Assembly (NCBI GenBank): GCA_035559535.1
Contig: DATMBG010000012.1
Coordinates: forward strand, 62,001 to 126,000
From: Candidatus Limnocylindrales bacterium
Lineage (GTDB): Bacteria > Moduliflexota > Moduliflexia > Moduliflexales > JAUQPW01
Direction: 5' to 3'
Length of the DNA: 64,000 nucleotides
This document shows positions 1-8,469 of this stretch, in pieces; position 1 is the stretch's first letter; each line of letters starts with the position of its first letter. The notes under the pieces are model-generated. The model had not been told where the DNA came from and searched no databases. It worked only from the letters and a program-made list of their open reading frames with translations. The translations under genes and the position numbers were made by a program.

Positions 1-141
1 ATGAACTCTTTGGGAGAATTGCCGATAGGTATACCGGGTCTCGTTGTAAATAATGGCCGTTTTTTCCGGAAAAACATAGGTACTCCGCTCTAAGAAGCTT
101 AAGGGAGTTAAGGGTACGTAATTTATACCAGGCTGAATCAT
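1..141 (-). CDS. Acyl-CoA synthetase / AMP-binding protein, N-terminal part (runs off the window edge)
   Basis: Manual translation MIQPGINYVPLTPLSFLERSTYVFPEKTAIIYNETRYTYRQFSQRVH; PLTPLSFLER is a typical acyl-CoA synthetase N-terminus; GGAGG RBS upstream. Confidence 0.8.
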   Translation of the reverse strand, partial: MIQPGINYVPLTPLSFLERSTYVFPEKTAIIYNETRYTYRQFSQRVH

Positions 142-181
142 GGATTCCTCCTTATGGGGGAGGGGGGATCCCGCTCCTTTA

Positions 182-565
182 CTAAGGACTGGATTCGGGA
201 GGAAGACGTCTCCGACGGATCCCCCCTTTGTCGATGATTACAATGGAATTGGATAATTCGATACTTGCCGTGGTTTCAAGTACCTGTTTCAAGTATTTTA
301 TAACCTCCTGTTCGCTATAATTTCCGCCTCGAAAGAGAATCAGACCGGGTCCTTCGGCCTGTGCTAAAGTCAGAATTTTGGAATAGTTCAAATCCAGCGT
401 AGCTACTGTGATGACAATACGATGCTCCTTTCGGGCATAGGCTAAAAGAGCCGCATCTGAGTCTCGACTCAGTCCCCGGTCAATGGCATGAATGGCGTCG
501 TGGCCTTGCAGGATAAGCCAAAAGGCCAACTCCGGAGATAGCATCAAATCGACAAGAAATCTCAT
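182..565 (-). CDS. DUF5615-family PIN-like putative toxin
   Basis: MRFLVD...GHDAIH...D..LL.YA..E.RI pattern; start overlaps the DUF433 stop (ATGA). Confidence 0.75.
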   Translation of the reverse strand: MRFLVDLMLSPELAFWLILQGHDAIHAIDRGLSRDSDAALLAYARKEHRIVITVATLDLNYSKILTLAQAEGPGLILFRGGNYSEQEVIKYLKQVLETTASIELSNSIVIIDKGGIRRRRLPPESSP

Positions 566-786
566 GGCAAAAATTCGACCGTTTCTTCTTCTGCAAGGCG
601 AGCTGCATACCCTAAAGCCTCTAAAATATCTTCGGCTTCCAGGTAAGGATAGGCTCTCAGGATGGTTTCTTGGGTCTCTCCGGAGGCTAAAAGCCCCAGC
701 AAGCGTGAAACCGGGAAACGAAGCTCACGGATACAGGGTTTACCACTACATACCCGGGGATCTACGGTAATACGTTCGAATCTCAT
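562..786 (-). CDS. DUF433-family putative antitoxin
   Basis: RITVDPRVCSGKPCIR..RFPV..LL.LLASG...IL..YPYL signature; start moved to ATG at 786. Confidence 0.85.
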   Translation of the reverse strand: MRFERITVDPRVCSGKPCIRELRFPVSRLLGLLASGETQETILRAYPYLEAEDILEALGYAARLAEEETVEFLP

Positions 787-926
787 CTGCTTCTGATTTA
801 GAAATTTATTGATTACCGGAGGGTCAGAAGTCGAAATGCCACCGGACCCCTGACTTCTCATCCTAAATCTAAATAGAAAGGTTGTCTAACCTGCCGGGCG
901 ATCCTGGGGATCACCCTTAAACAGGA

Positions 927-992
927 AACCCACCTCACCCTCCCCCTCGTTCCCCTCTCCTGAAGCTTCAGAAGAAGGAAAAGAAAGTGAGG
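927..992. repeat. Pyrimidine/purine palindromic element (CCTCACCC...CCCTCTCC...GAAGG...GTGAGG)
   Basis: Imperfect inverted repeat; related copies near 8612, 10240 and 48525. Confidence 0.55.
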
Positions 993-1025
993 CCTGCAAG
1001 GTTCAACAGAGAAATGGTATAACAC

Positions 1026-2459
1026 CTAAAATACTTTCCTGGGTTGGAGTAAACCCATTTCTATACTTGTTTCCTCTCGGATAGAGAACTCTAAGGGATG
1101 ATGGGTAATATTTAAATAAGCTGTCTCATCACCAGGGTGATAAGAAGGTAGAAAATAAAAGTAGACTTGATAACGATGCCGACCGTTATCAACCGTTAAT
1201 AGATCAAAAAGATGTCCAATACGGATAAAAAGCTGTTTACTCCCATCAGGTAAGAGGTTCATGGTATCTATATAGACAAGTTCCCCCTTCAGTTGGCTCA
1301 ACGTAGGCCCCCGTTGAATAACGGTCATAAAACTCCCCTGTTTGCCTGTAAGTACCGACCATTCTTGATGGCTACGATCCAGATTTTTTTCGGCCTCCGA
1401 CATGACCCCGTCTAAAACCACTCCCTGCCGGTTATTGGAGTTATAGAATTTCATCCCCAGGGCGTTTTCGTTAAAGTCCAGAGCTCCCAGTACCGAGGCC
1501 TGCGAACAGTAGCGACTCAATTTAATGGGGCTATGGATAATATTGGTATAGTAAAAGTGATTTAAGTAATAAATAGAATCCACTTCTTCCGAAGGAAGCT
1601 TAATTCCCAAGATAAGTTCCAGTTCAGGTTTACCTCGTATGATCACCCGGACGGGTCCATCTTTGTAAGCACTCAGTCTGAATCGGATATCGTCTTCATC
1701 TCGCTTGAAGGTTTTAATGGCTCCTAACAAGAAAAACCATTCCAATCGAGCCCGCCCTTCTATACGGGATTTTTTGATGAGATTCTTTCCATTCCCCCCT
1801 CCGGCTTCCGTGATGAGGAGTTTCGTATAGTAGGCTCCTTCCGGCGGAGAGCTGACCAGATAATAATCGGTTGAAATGATATGTTCGCTGGAACTAAGGG
1901 TATATCGAACATAGTCCAGAGGAGATCTTTCCGGAGGATTAGAAAAATAAAAGACATATGCCCAGCCTCGACAGGCTGTTAAAGGGTCTCGAACCTCGAC
2001 TTCCAGACCAATCTCATAACCCGAAATCCAGCTTTCCTTGGCGATCCGATCGCCTAGATCCTTGGCCATGAACACCAGCTCATCGTTTTCATCCAACAGC
2101 TCATGATCCTTGTCTAGATTGGCTTTAGGTCCCCGGGGTAAGACCCAGTTGTTTGAGGCATCGCGCTCATCAATCTGATAAGGAATAGGAATCAGGACCC
2201 CTTGAAGCGCTGCATAAACCCGAATATTCGAGATAGACTTCCCAAGAAGAATCTTTAGATCTTTTCCTTGTATGATGACAGGATCGGCGGTTCGAGTCAG
2301 GTTTTTTTTCTCCAGGATCCCAGGTGCAGGGGGGGAATAATTTCCAGAATCCGAATAGATGGATCTGATGGAGAAGGCGGGATTATAAAAAACAGTTAAT
2401 AAAATAAAGCCGTTAATAAGGACAAAAAATAAACGGTTTACAACTCGTCGTATGAACAT
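1026..2459 (-). CDS. Hypothetical exported protein
   Basis: 477 aa ORF, N-terminal hydrophobic segment, GAGGAG RBS; no family recognised. Confidence 0.75.
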   Translation of the reverse strand: MFIRRVVNRLFFVLINGFILLTVFYNPAFSIRSIYSDSGNYSPPAPGILEKKNLTRTADPVIIQGKDLKILLGKSISNIRVYAALQGVLIPIPYQIDERDASNNWVLPRGPKANLDKDHELLDENDELVFMAKDLGDRIAKESWISGYEIGLEVEVRDPLTACRGWAYVFYFSNPPERSPLDYVRYTLSSSEHIISTDYYLVSSPPEGAYYTKLLITEAGGGNGKNLIKKSRIEGRARLEWFFLLGAIKTFKRDEDDIRFRLSAYKDGPVRVIIRGKPELELILGIKLPSEEVDSIYYLNHFYYTNIIHSPIKLSRYCSQASVLGALDFNENALGMKFYNSNNRQGVVLDGVMSEAEKNLDRSHQEWSVLTGKQGSFMTVIQRGPTLSQLKGELVYIDTMNLLPDGSKQLFIRIGHLFDLLTVDNGRHRYQVYFYFLPSYHPGDETAYLNITHHPLEFSIREETSIEMGLLQPRKVF

Positions 2460-2830
2460 GAGAAATCTCCTCTAAAATTTATCCTGACTTAAAGTTAATT
2501 TGTTCACTACGCTTTGTCAATGTTTCTCGGATGAATTTGGAGGGGTAGGGGATTTTAAAAAAATAGCATTTTACTACTTCAAAACCGGGTCACCTCTCAA
2601 ATACTTCCTACCTATTTGCTGTGAAAACATTGTCTCTGAGAGGGTGGACCAACACTACCCATTGCCTTTCCTACGGGGATACCCTAGGGATCGGAGAGAA
2701 GTTTTAGATCCGTTCCCCGGCACTCTCTTTAAAGGGAGAGCAAAAAGTTAAAAAAACTCAAAAACTTAAATAAAATCTCTTTAATTTACTTAGATGATTT
2801 CTTTTTAGAAATATTTAAGTTTTTTTAGGC

Positions 2831-2859
2831 TTGATTTTGTACCGTATCGATCTTATTTT
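2831..2859 (+). promoter_or_regulatory. Sigma70-type promoter of groES
   Basis: TTGATT-17 nt-TATTTT just upstream of the CIRCE. Confidence 0.55.
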
Positions 2860-2870
2860 GTGGTTAGTTG

Positions 2871-2897
2871 TTAGCACTCTTTAACATCGAGTGCTAA
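2871..2897 (+). promoter_or_regulatory. CIRCE operator (HrcA site)
   Basis: Perfect TTAGCACTC-N9-GAGTGCTAA. Confidence 0.97.
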
Positions 2898-2983
2898 CAA
2901 CCAGGGTTGTTTGGTAAACCGGTTGATCAAGAGACGGAAATTAAAATTCAGCGACAGAATATAAATAAAAGGAGGGTTAAAGT

Positions 2984-3271
2984 ATGACGATTCGTCCATT
3001 GCATGATCGTGTTTTGGTTAAGAGAATTGAAGAGAAAGAAGTAAGAAAGGGAAGCATTATCATCCCAGACACCGCTAAGGAAAAACCTCAGGAAGGTGAG
3101 GTAATTGCGGTAGGTAAGGGAAGGGTTCTGGAAGATGGAAAAATTCAACCCTTAGAAGTGAAAGTAGGTAATAAGGTTTTGTTTGGTAAATATGCCGGTA
3201 CGGAAGTAAAATTGGATGATGTGGAATACCTGATTATGCGGGAGGAAGATATCCTGGGAATTATCGAGTAA
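2984..3271 (+). CDS. groES: Co-chaperonin GroES
   Basis: [12 protein letters not shown]...[20 protein letters not shown]. Confidence 0.98.
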   Translation: MTIRPLHDRVLVKRIEEKEVRKGSIIIPDTAKEKPQEGEVIAVGKGRVLEDGKIQPLEVKVGNKVLFGKYAGTEVKLDDVEYLIMREEDILGIIE

Positions 3272-3298
3272 AATGTTTGAAACAGGTTTAAGTTGGCC

Positions 3299-3405
3299 AG
3301 TTGCATAAGTAAACCTTAGTTTAAACATCAGATTCAGCAGAGATAAGAAACTTTCCGGGAAAGTTTTTAAAGTTGAATAGGTAAGCCAAAGTTTAAACAT
3401 CAGAT
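3299..3405 (+). repeat. Two 35-bp imperfect direct repeats, period 72 bp
   Basis: AGTTGCATAAGTAAACCTTAGTTTAAACATCAGAT (3299-3333) vs AGTTGAATAGGTAAGCCAAAGTTTAAACATCAGAT (3371-3405), 30/35 identical. Confidence 0.75.
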
Positions 3406-3437
3406 CCTGTCTATCTGGATCTATTCTTCTTTTTTAG

Positions 3438-3472
3438 ATAGCCTGTGGGGTTAAACTACAGGCTATTTTTTT
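3438..3472 (+). terminator. Rho-independent terminator after groES
   Basis: ATAGCCTGTGG-loop-CTACAGGCTAT followed by a T run. Confidence 0.75.
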
Positions 3473-3488
3473 ACCCCTAGGAAATCTC

Positions 3489-3518
3489 TTGACAATTTAT
3501 AAAGAACTTCAGTAAATT
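3489..3518 (+). promoter_or_regulatory. Sigma70-type promoter
   Basis: TTGACA-18 nt-TAAATT, about 510 nt upstream of the next start codon. Confidence 0.5.
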
Positions 3519-3529
3519 TTTATACCAAT

Positions 3530-3940
3530 AAGGAAGGAGGACCCTCACCGATAAGCATGGGATAAGATCTCTGATTTTAGCTGCCTGCGATAGACTCCTT
3601 AAGGGGGGGTGTCTTCAGGTTTTATCTGAAAAAGCACGAAATCCTGCCTTGAGGTAGGGATTTCTCAGGTGTTGCCTTCAGGTATTGACGTCAGGTTTAG
3701 ATAGACCCGGTGGAGCCGTGGGTATCTGAAATCTTCTGAAGGAGCTAGAAGCATTCTTCGGGGTTAGATTTTTATTAGCCACAGATCGCTTCTCAGAGAG
3801 CTAAGAAAGAGGGGGATTTTTTATCCAGGATCCGAGATTGACCCTCTAAAGACTCCGGTTCGGGAGCAGGTGGTTAATAAAGAGGGGCCCGGTGAGGAAC
3901 AGACGGTTCAGGATGAAGAATCTTGAATGACCGGTTTTGG
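3530..3940 (+). ncRNA. Candidate large structured RNA / 5' leader of unknown class
   Basis: No ORF of 60 aa or more; nested complementary segments 3543-3550/3890-3897, 3560-3581/3800-3826, 3638-3664, 3675-3681/3736-3742, 3842-3847/3881-3886. Confidence 0.5.
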
Positions 3941-4033
3941 CTAGTCATATCTTCGCTCGGCTTCATCATCTTGTAAAAACGCTTTGATTTCCTTCTCCCA
4001 CAACATGATGGAGAAAAACCAGTAGAAATAACT

Positions 4034-5347
4034 ATGAAAGATTATATTATAGGCATTGACCTGGGTGGGACTAATTTAAGGGTAGCGGCCATTACTCGAG
4101 AGGGGGAGATTATCCAGAAATCTGAAGGCAGATCGGAGGTTCATCGAGGACGAGAAAAAGTCCTGGAAGATCTGTTAAAGTCGGTAGAAGAAATTCAAAG
4201 ATCTCTTCAGCCCAAGGGATGGCAACCCGTGGCGATTGGGTTTGGAGTTCCCGGTATTATTAAAGAGGGAATCGTGGTTCAATCCCCTAATTTTCCTGAT
4301 TGGGATGATTTTGATTTAAAGACTTATTTAAAGAACCACTGGAATTTACCCCTTTGGATTGAAAACGATGCCAATGCGGCGGCCTTGGGAGAGTTATGGA
4401 TGGGAGCCGGAAAGGAGAGCCGGCATTTTTGCTGTCTTACCCTGGGAACTGGCGTGGGAAGTGGAATCATTGTGGACGGGAGGATCCTCCATGGAGCCGA
4501 TGGGATGGCCGGGGAAGCAGGTCATATGGTGGTAGATCCGGAGGGGCCCCCTTGTGGATGTGGGGGGTATGGGTGTTTGGAAACCTATGCTTCGGCTACA
4601 GGCCTCGAAAGAATGTCGAAGGAAGCTTTACGTCGCGGGGCTTTTCGGGGGAAACTTCCCCATAATGTCCATGAATTATCGGCCAAAGATCTTCATAATC
4701 TGGCCAAGGCGGGAGACCCGGAGGCCAGGCAAATTTTTGCCCAAATGGGGCGGTACCTGGGCATCGGGCTGGTCAATCTTATTCAGATTTTTAATACCGA
4801 GTTGATCATCTTAGGAGGTGGCGTTACCGATTCTTGGGAATATTTTATCCCCGAGACAGAAAAACAAATCCAGACCCGGGCCTATAAGGCCCTGGCCAGA
4901 CGGGTTAAAATTCGCCGGGCACTTTGTGGAGGCGATGCCGGAGTCTTGGGAGCCGCTTATGCTGCCCTCCAGGGTCTCAAAGATCTCGAGGAAAATCGTC
5001 GACGAAGGGATGAAAGACCCTGGGGACGCTGGATCTTACTGGATGAAGGAACAAATTATAAAGTCAAACGGTTAGAGGTTAAACCGGGTCAACGGTTAAG
5101 CTTACAAAAACACCGATATCGAGCAGAACACTGGGTGGTCGTAGAAGAAGGTACGGCTCAAATAACCTTAGACGGGAATCAGATGGAGTTACACCCCAAC
5201 GAAGCCACCTTCATTCCGCAGGGAGGAGTTCATCGAATTACCAATCCTGGATCAAAACCGGTCGTTATTATAGAAGTTCAGTATGGAACCTACTTGGGGG
5301 AAGACGATATTACCCGATTGCAGGATGATTATGGGAGAGCCAATTAA
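4034..5347 (+). CDS. ROK-family sugar kinase fused to a C-terminal type II phosphomannose isomerase (cupin) domain
   Basis: GIDLGGT, ENDANAAALGE, GEAGH, CGCGGYGCLE; C-terminus RPWG...LSLQKH.YRAEHWVVV...IEVQYGTYLGEDDI.R.QDDYGR. Confidence 0.9.
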   Translation: MKDYIIGIDLGGTNLRVAAITREGEIIQKSEGRSEVHRGREKVLEDLLKSVEEIQRSLQPKGWQPVAIGFGVPGIIKEGIVVQSPNFPDWDDFDLKTYLKNHWNLPLWIENDANAAALGELWMGAGKESRHFCCLTLGTGVGSGIIVDGRILHGADGMAGEAGHMVVDPEGPPCGCGGYGCLETYASATGLERMSKEALRRGAFRGKLPHNVHELSAKDLHNLAKAGDPEARQIFAQMGRYLGIGLVNLIQIFNTELIILGGGVTDSWEYFIPETEKQIQTRAYKALARRVKIRRALCGGDAGVLGAAYAALQGLKDLEENRRRRDERPWGRWILLDEGTNYKVKRLEVKPGQRLSLQKHRYRAEHWVVVEEGTAQITLDGNQMELHPNEATFIPQGGVHRITNPGSKPVVIIEVQYGTYLGEDDITRLQDDYGRAN

Positions 5348-5348
5348 A

Positions 5349-5434
5349 GTATGGGGGTATGGGAGGATGGGAGAATGGCTATACTCCCATCCTCCCACAC
5401 TTCCATACCCCCATCCTCCCACACTCCCACCCCC
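5349..5434. repeat. Tandem octamer repeat (GTATGGGA-like) followed by its reverse complement
   Basis: Visible 8-nt periodicity and hairpin symmetry; same family at 6708 and 20280. Confidence 0.85.
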
Positions 5435-5458
5435 TTCGGGGTCCTTTGTAGTTAAAAA

Positions 5459-6511
5459 ATGGAACATGTATACGTTGTGATCATGGCTGGTGGAAAAGGG
5501 GAGCGCTTCTGGCCCTTGAGTACACCCGAAGAACCTAAACCCTTTATTAAAATTCTGGGATCCGAAACTTTGATCCAACAGACGGTCCATCGAATTCTCC
5601 CTTTGGTTCCAACCGAACATATTCTGGTGATTTTGGGAAAAGAACACCTTTCTTTGGCCAGAGAGCAGTTACCTCAACTTCCTGAACCAAATTTTATTAC
5701 CGAGCCCATGGGTCGAGATACCGCCCCTTGTATCGGATTGGCCTCCCTTCAATTGGAAAAGCGAGATCCGGAAAGCATCATGATCGTAATTCCTGCCGAT
5801 CATTATATCCCGGATCAAGATAAATTTTTAAGCACGCTGACCCTGGCCGTTGAAGTAGCCAGGCAAGGATCTTATCTTGTAACCCTTGGAATTAAGCCTA
5901 CCCGCCCGGAGACCGGTTATGGATATATTTTGGTCGGAAATCAAAAAATTACCTTGCAGGGCCGGGAGGTGTTTCAAGTTCAGAAATTTATAGAAAAACC
6001 TGATTTTGCCACTGCGGCAAAATATTTAGAAGAAGGTTCTTATTACTGGAATAGCGGGATCTTTATCTGGAGGAATAGAACCATTCAAGACCTTTTGCGC
6101 CGTTTTATGCCGGCTTTATGGCAAGGTTTGGATCGGATCAAAGGCTCTTTAGGAAGCCCAGAAGAACAGGAAGTCCTCCAGAGGGAATTCAAGCAGTTCG
6201 AAAGGATTTCAATCGACTACGGAATCCTGGAAAAGGCTCCCGAGGTGTTAATGATTCCTGCCGATTTTCGTTGGGATGATGTAGGGACCTGGAAAGCCCT
6301 GGATCGCGTTCTTCCTTTAGATGAAAATGGAAACATCGTCGTGGGTAATCATCGGGGGGTTGAAACAAAGGACTGTATTATTTACGCAAAGGATATTTTT
6401 ATTTCGACCTTTGGTATTTCTGATCTTATTATTGTGAGCTCCCAGGGTAAGGTGTTAATTTGTCATAAAAACATGGCTCCGGATTTAAAAAAACTCCTTC
6501 AACAATTATAG
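5459..6511 (+). CDS. manC: Mannose-1-phosphate guanylyltransferase (no PMI domain)
   Basis: IMAGGKGERFWPLS...PKPF, EPMGRDTAP, PADH, PETGYGYI, FIEKPD, WNSGIF, SIDYGILEK, WDDVGTW. Confidence 0.92.
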   Translation: MEHVYVVIMAGGKGERFWPLSTPEEPKPFIKILGSETLIQQTVHRILPLVPTEHILVILGKEHLSLAREQLPQLPEPNFITEPMGRDTAPCIGLASLQLEKRDPESIMIVIPADHYIPDQDKFLSTLTLAVEVARQGSYLVTLGIKPTRPETGYGYILVGNQKITLQGREVFQVQKFIEKPDFATAAKYLEEGSYYWNSGIFIWRNRTIQDLLRRFMPALWQGLDRIKGSLGSPEEQEVLQREFKQFERISIDYGILEKAPEVLMIPADFRWDDVGTWKALDRVLPLDENGNIVVGNHRGVETKDCIIYAKDIFISTFGISDLIIVSSQGKVLICHKNMAPDLKKLLQQL

Positions 6512-6555
6512 CGTAAAATCATGTTTTATGGTAAAATAAAGGAGGGAGTTGAATC

Positions 6556-6678
6556 ATGAGTTCCCTTGAAAAAGAAAAATGGGTGAAAATAACCGTCACT
6601 CTGTTTTTTGCGGGAAGTTTCTTCTTTATGCTCTACCTGCTGATTACGGACTTTTTAAAGATATACCCCTTTCCATAG
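6556..6678 (+). CDS. Small single-pass membrane protein (40 aa), missed by the ORF track
   Basis: MSSLEKEKWVKITVTLFFAGSFFFMLYLLITDFLKIYPFP; AAGGAGGGAG RBS upstream. Confidence 0.6.
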   Translation: MSSLEKEKWVKITVTLFFAGSFFFMLYLLITDFLKIYPFP

Positions 6679-6707
6679 TAAGCGAGGCTTGAGACTCTTA
6701 GAGGGAA

Positions 6708-6876
6708 ATGGGGGAGTGGGGAAGTATGGGAGTATGAGGGTGTGGGGGTATGGGAGTATGGAAGAGTGGAAGAGTGGAAGTGTGGGAGTATGGGAGATAT
6801 GGCTTCCATACTCCCCTACTTCCCTACCTCTCTACTCCCGCCCTCCCATACCTCTATACCTCCATATTCCTATACC
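6708..6876. repeat. Tandem octamer inverted-repeat element
   Basis: (GTATGGGA/GTGTGGGA)n then (CTCCCATA)n. Confidence 0.85.
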
Positions 6877-6896
6877 CTGTCCTTTCAAAGGTTTCC

Positions 6897-7292
6897 ATGG
6901 CTTTTTTAAAAAAAAATTTCACGAAAGCCTTATTGGTTCATAATGCTTATAAAGTAAGTAGCGGTTATCGCCAAAGGGTCCTCTACTCATTTGCTTTAGA
7001 GTGTAATATAGATGAGCAAATCGAGTTAGCCAAGGAACGTATTAAGACCGTCGATGTAGATTGGGACCGAATAAAAAATGAGTTAGAACTTATGACCAAA
7101 CTAGAACGAGAAAAGAAAAATGCCAAAGCTAAACAGGATATTAAAGCGATTTCCCACAAACTTATTCTAAAAATTCGTTCTCTCGAACTCCCTTCAGAGG
7201 AAAAACAAAAATATATAGAAAATCTTCTGCACTTTATCCAAGAAACTTCTGGAGACGAGAATAAGCCGATCCTTTTAAATCAACTGGATTAA
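6897..7292 (+). CDS. Hypothetical helical protein
   Basis: Likely start MAFLKKNF at 6897; the upstream in-frame extension is repeat-derived. Confidence 0.6.
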   Translation: MAFLKKNFTKALLVHNAYKVSSGYRQRVLYSFALECNIDEQIELAKERIKTVDVDWDRIKNELELMTKLEREKKNAKAKQDIKAISHKLILKIRSLELPSEEKQKYIENLLHFIQETSGDENKPILLNQLD

Positions 7293-7305
7293 GTCCTGAG
7301 AGGAG

Positions 7306-8415
7306 GTGGCATCTCGCTCGATTGTCAACTCCATGAACGGTAAAGAGTTGGAGCTTGATAAGGTATTAGGTTCCCATCGAGGAGAAAAGCATGCGATTAT
7401 TATTCCGGATTTTCCTGATTCCGATGCCATTGCTTCTGCTTTTACGCATCAGTTGATCAGTCTCCAGTACAATATCAGTGCAGATATCTTTTACTGGGGT
7501 AAAATTAATAATCCCCAAGATATTGTCCTCGTTAAGCTTTTAGATATTGAATTAATCCGTTATTCGGAGACTCTGGATTTCTCGGGCTACGATGGGAGTG
7601 TGTTCATAGGTACCCAGGGCACAACGACTACGCTTCGTCAGATCCTGGAAGCAAGCCACGTTAAACCCATCCTTGTCATAGATCACCATGAAGAAGAGGA
7701 TTTTATCCATGCTGAGTTCCATGACATCCGAAAAGCCTCTTCAACTTCCTTTATTTATACCGATTATTTAAAAAAAGGTCTGTTAAAATTAGAAAGATCG
7801 AATCCAACCCATATCAAGTGCGCAACAGCCCTGATGTATGGAATTATGTACAAAACCGATCGGTATATTTGGGCTAAAGAGGAGGATTTTCAGGCTGTTG
7901 CGTTTTTAAGCAACTATGCCGATTCCAGTTTGCTGGAGGAGATTGTCAACCAATCCCGCTCCAAGAAGGTGATGGATGTAATCCAAAAGGCCCTGGAAAG
8001 TAGAGTCATCAAACAAAATTATAGTATCGCCGGTGTCGGCTATCTCCGTGCGGAAGATCGCAATGCCATTCACCAGGCCGCAGACTTTCTCTTAACTGAA
8101 GAAAATGTCCATACCGCCATTGTCTATGCGATTTTGCAGAACGGTAATCGAGAGGTTTTAAGTGGCTCGTTTAGAACCCGAAAACTCACTTTAGATCCCG
8201 ATGAGTTTCTCCGGGAGGCCTTCGGGCGAGGGGAGATTGAGGTTTATTACGAGGGGAAGAGTCAAAAGGTTCGGGGCTTTGAAATTCCTATTTTTTTCCT
8301 GGCAGGGACCGGAGGGGAAGAGTATAACACCCTGAAATGGCGGGTTTATGATATGCAGGTTAAGCAAAAACTCTTTAACAAGATCGGGGTTTCCGAAGAG
8401 AGAGAAGAAACTTAA
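7306..8415 (+). CDS. DHH-family phosphoesterase (NrnA-like)
   Basis: DFPDSDAIASA, VIDHH, QAADFLLTEENVHTA motifs. Confidence 0.85.
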   Translation: MASRSIVNSMNGKELELDKVLGSHRGEKHAIIIPDFPDSDAIASAFTHQLISLQYNISADIFYWGKINNPQDIVLVKLLDIELIRYSETLDFSGYDGSVFIGTQGTTTTLRQILEASHVKPILVIDHHEEEDFIHAEFHDIRKASSTSFIYTDYLKKGLLKLERSNPTHIKCATALMYGIMYKTDRYIWAKEEDFQAVAFLSNYADSSLLEEIVNQSRSKKVMDVIQKALESRVIKQNYSIAGVGYLRAEDRNAIHQAADFLLTEENVHTAIVYAILQNGNREVLSGSFRTRKLTLDPDEFLREAFGRGEIEVYYEGKSQKVRGFEIPIFFLAGTGGEEYNTLKWRVYDMQVKQKLFNKIGVSEEREET

Positions 8416-8469
8416 AAGAAATTTCTTTCCGACGGAGAGATAGAGAAATCAGAAGTTTTCCTTTCATAG

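Noticed and set aside
3299-3405. CRISPR array
   Set aside because: Only two copies with five mismatches and no cas genes; kept only as a direct repeat
5252-5647. ORFs 5252-5647, 5283-5480, 6689-6943, 20241-20447 and 20290-20514
   Set aside because: Translations of the octamer repeats (VWEYGS / HTPILP patterns) that overlap real genes
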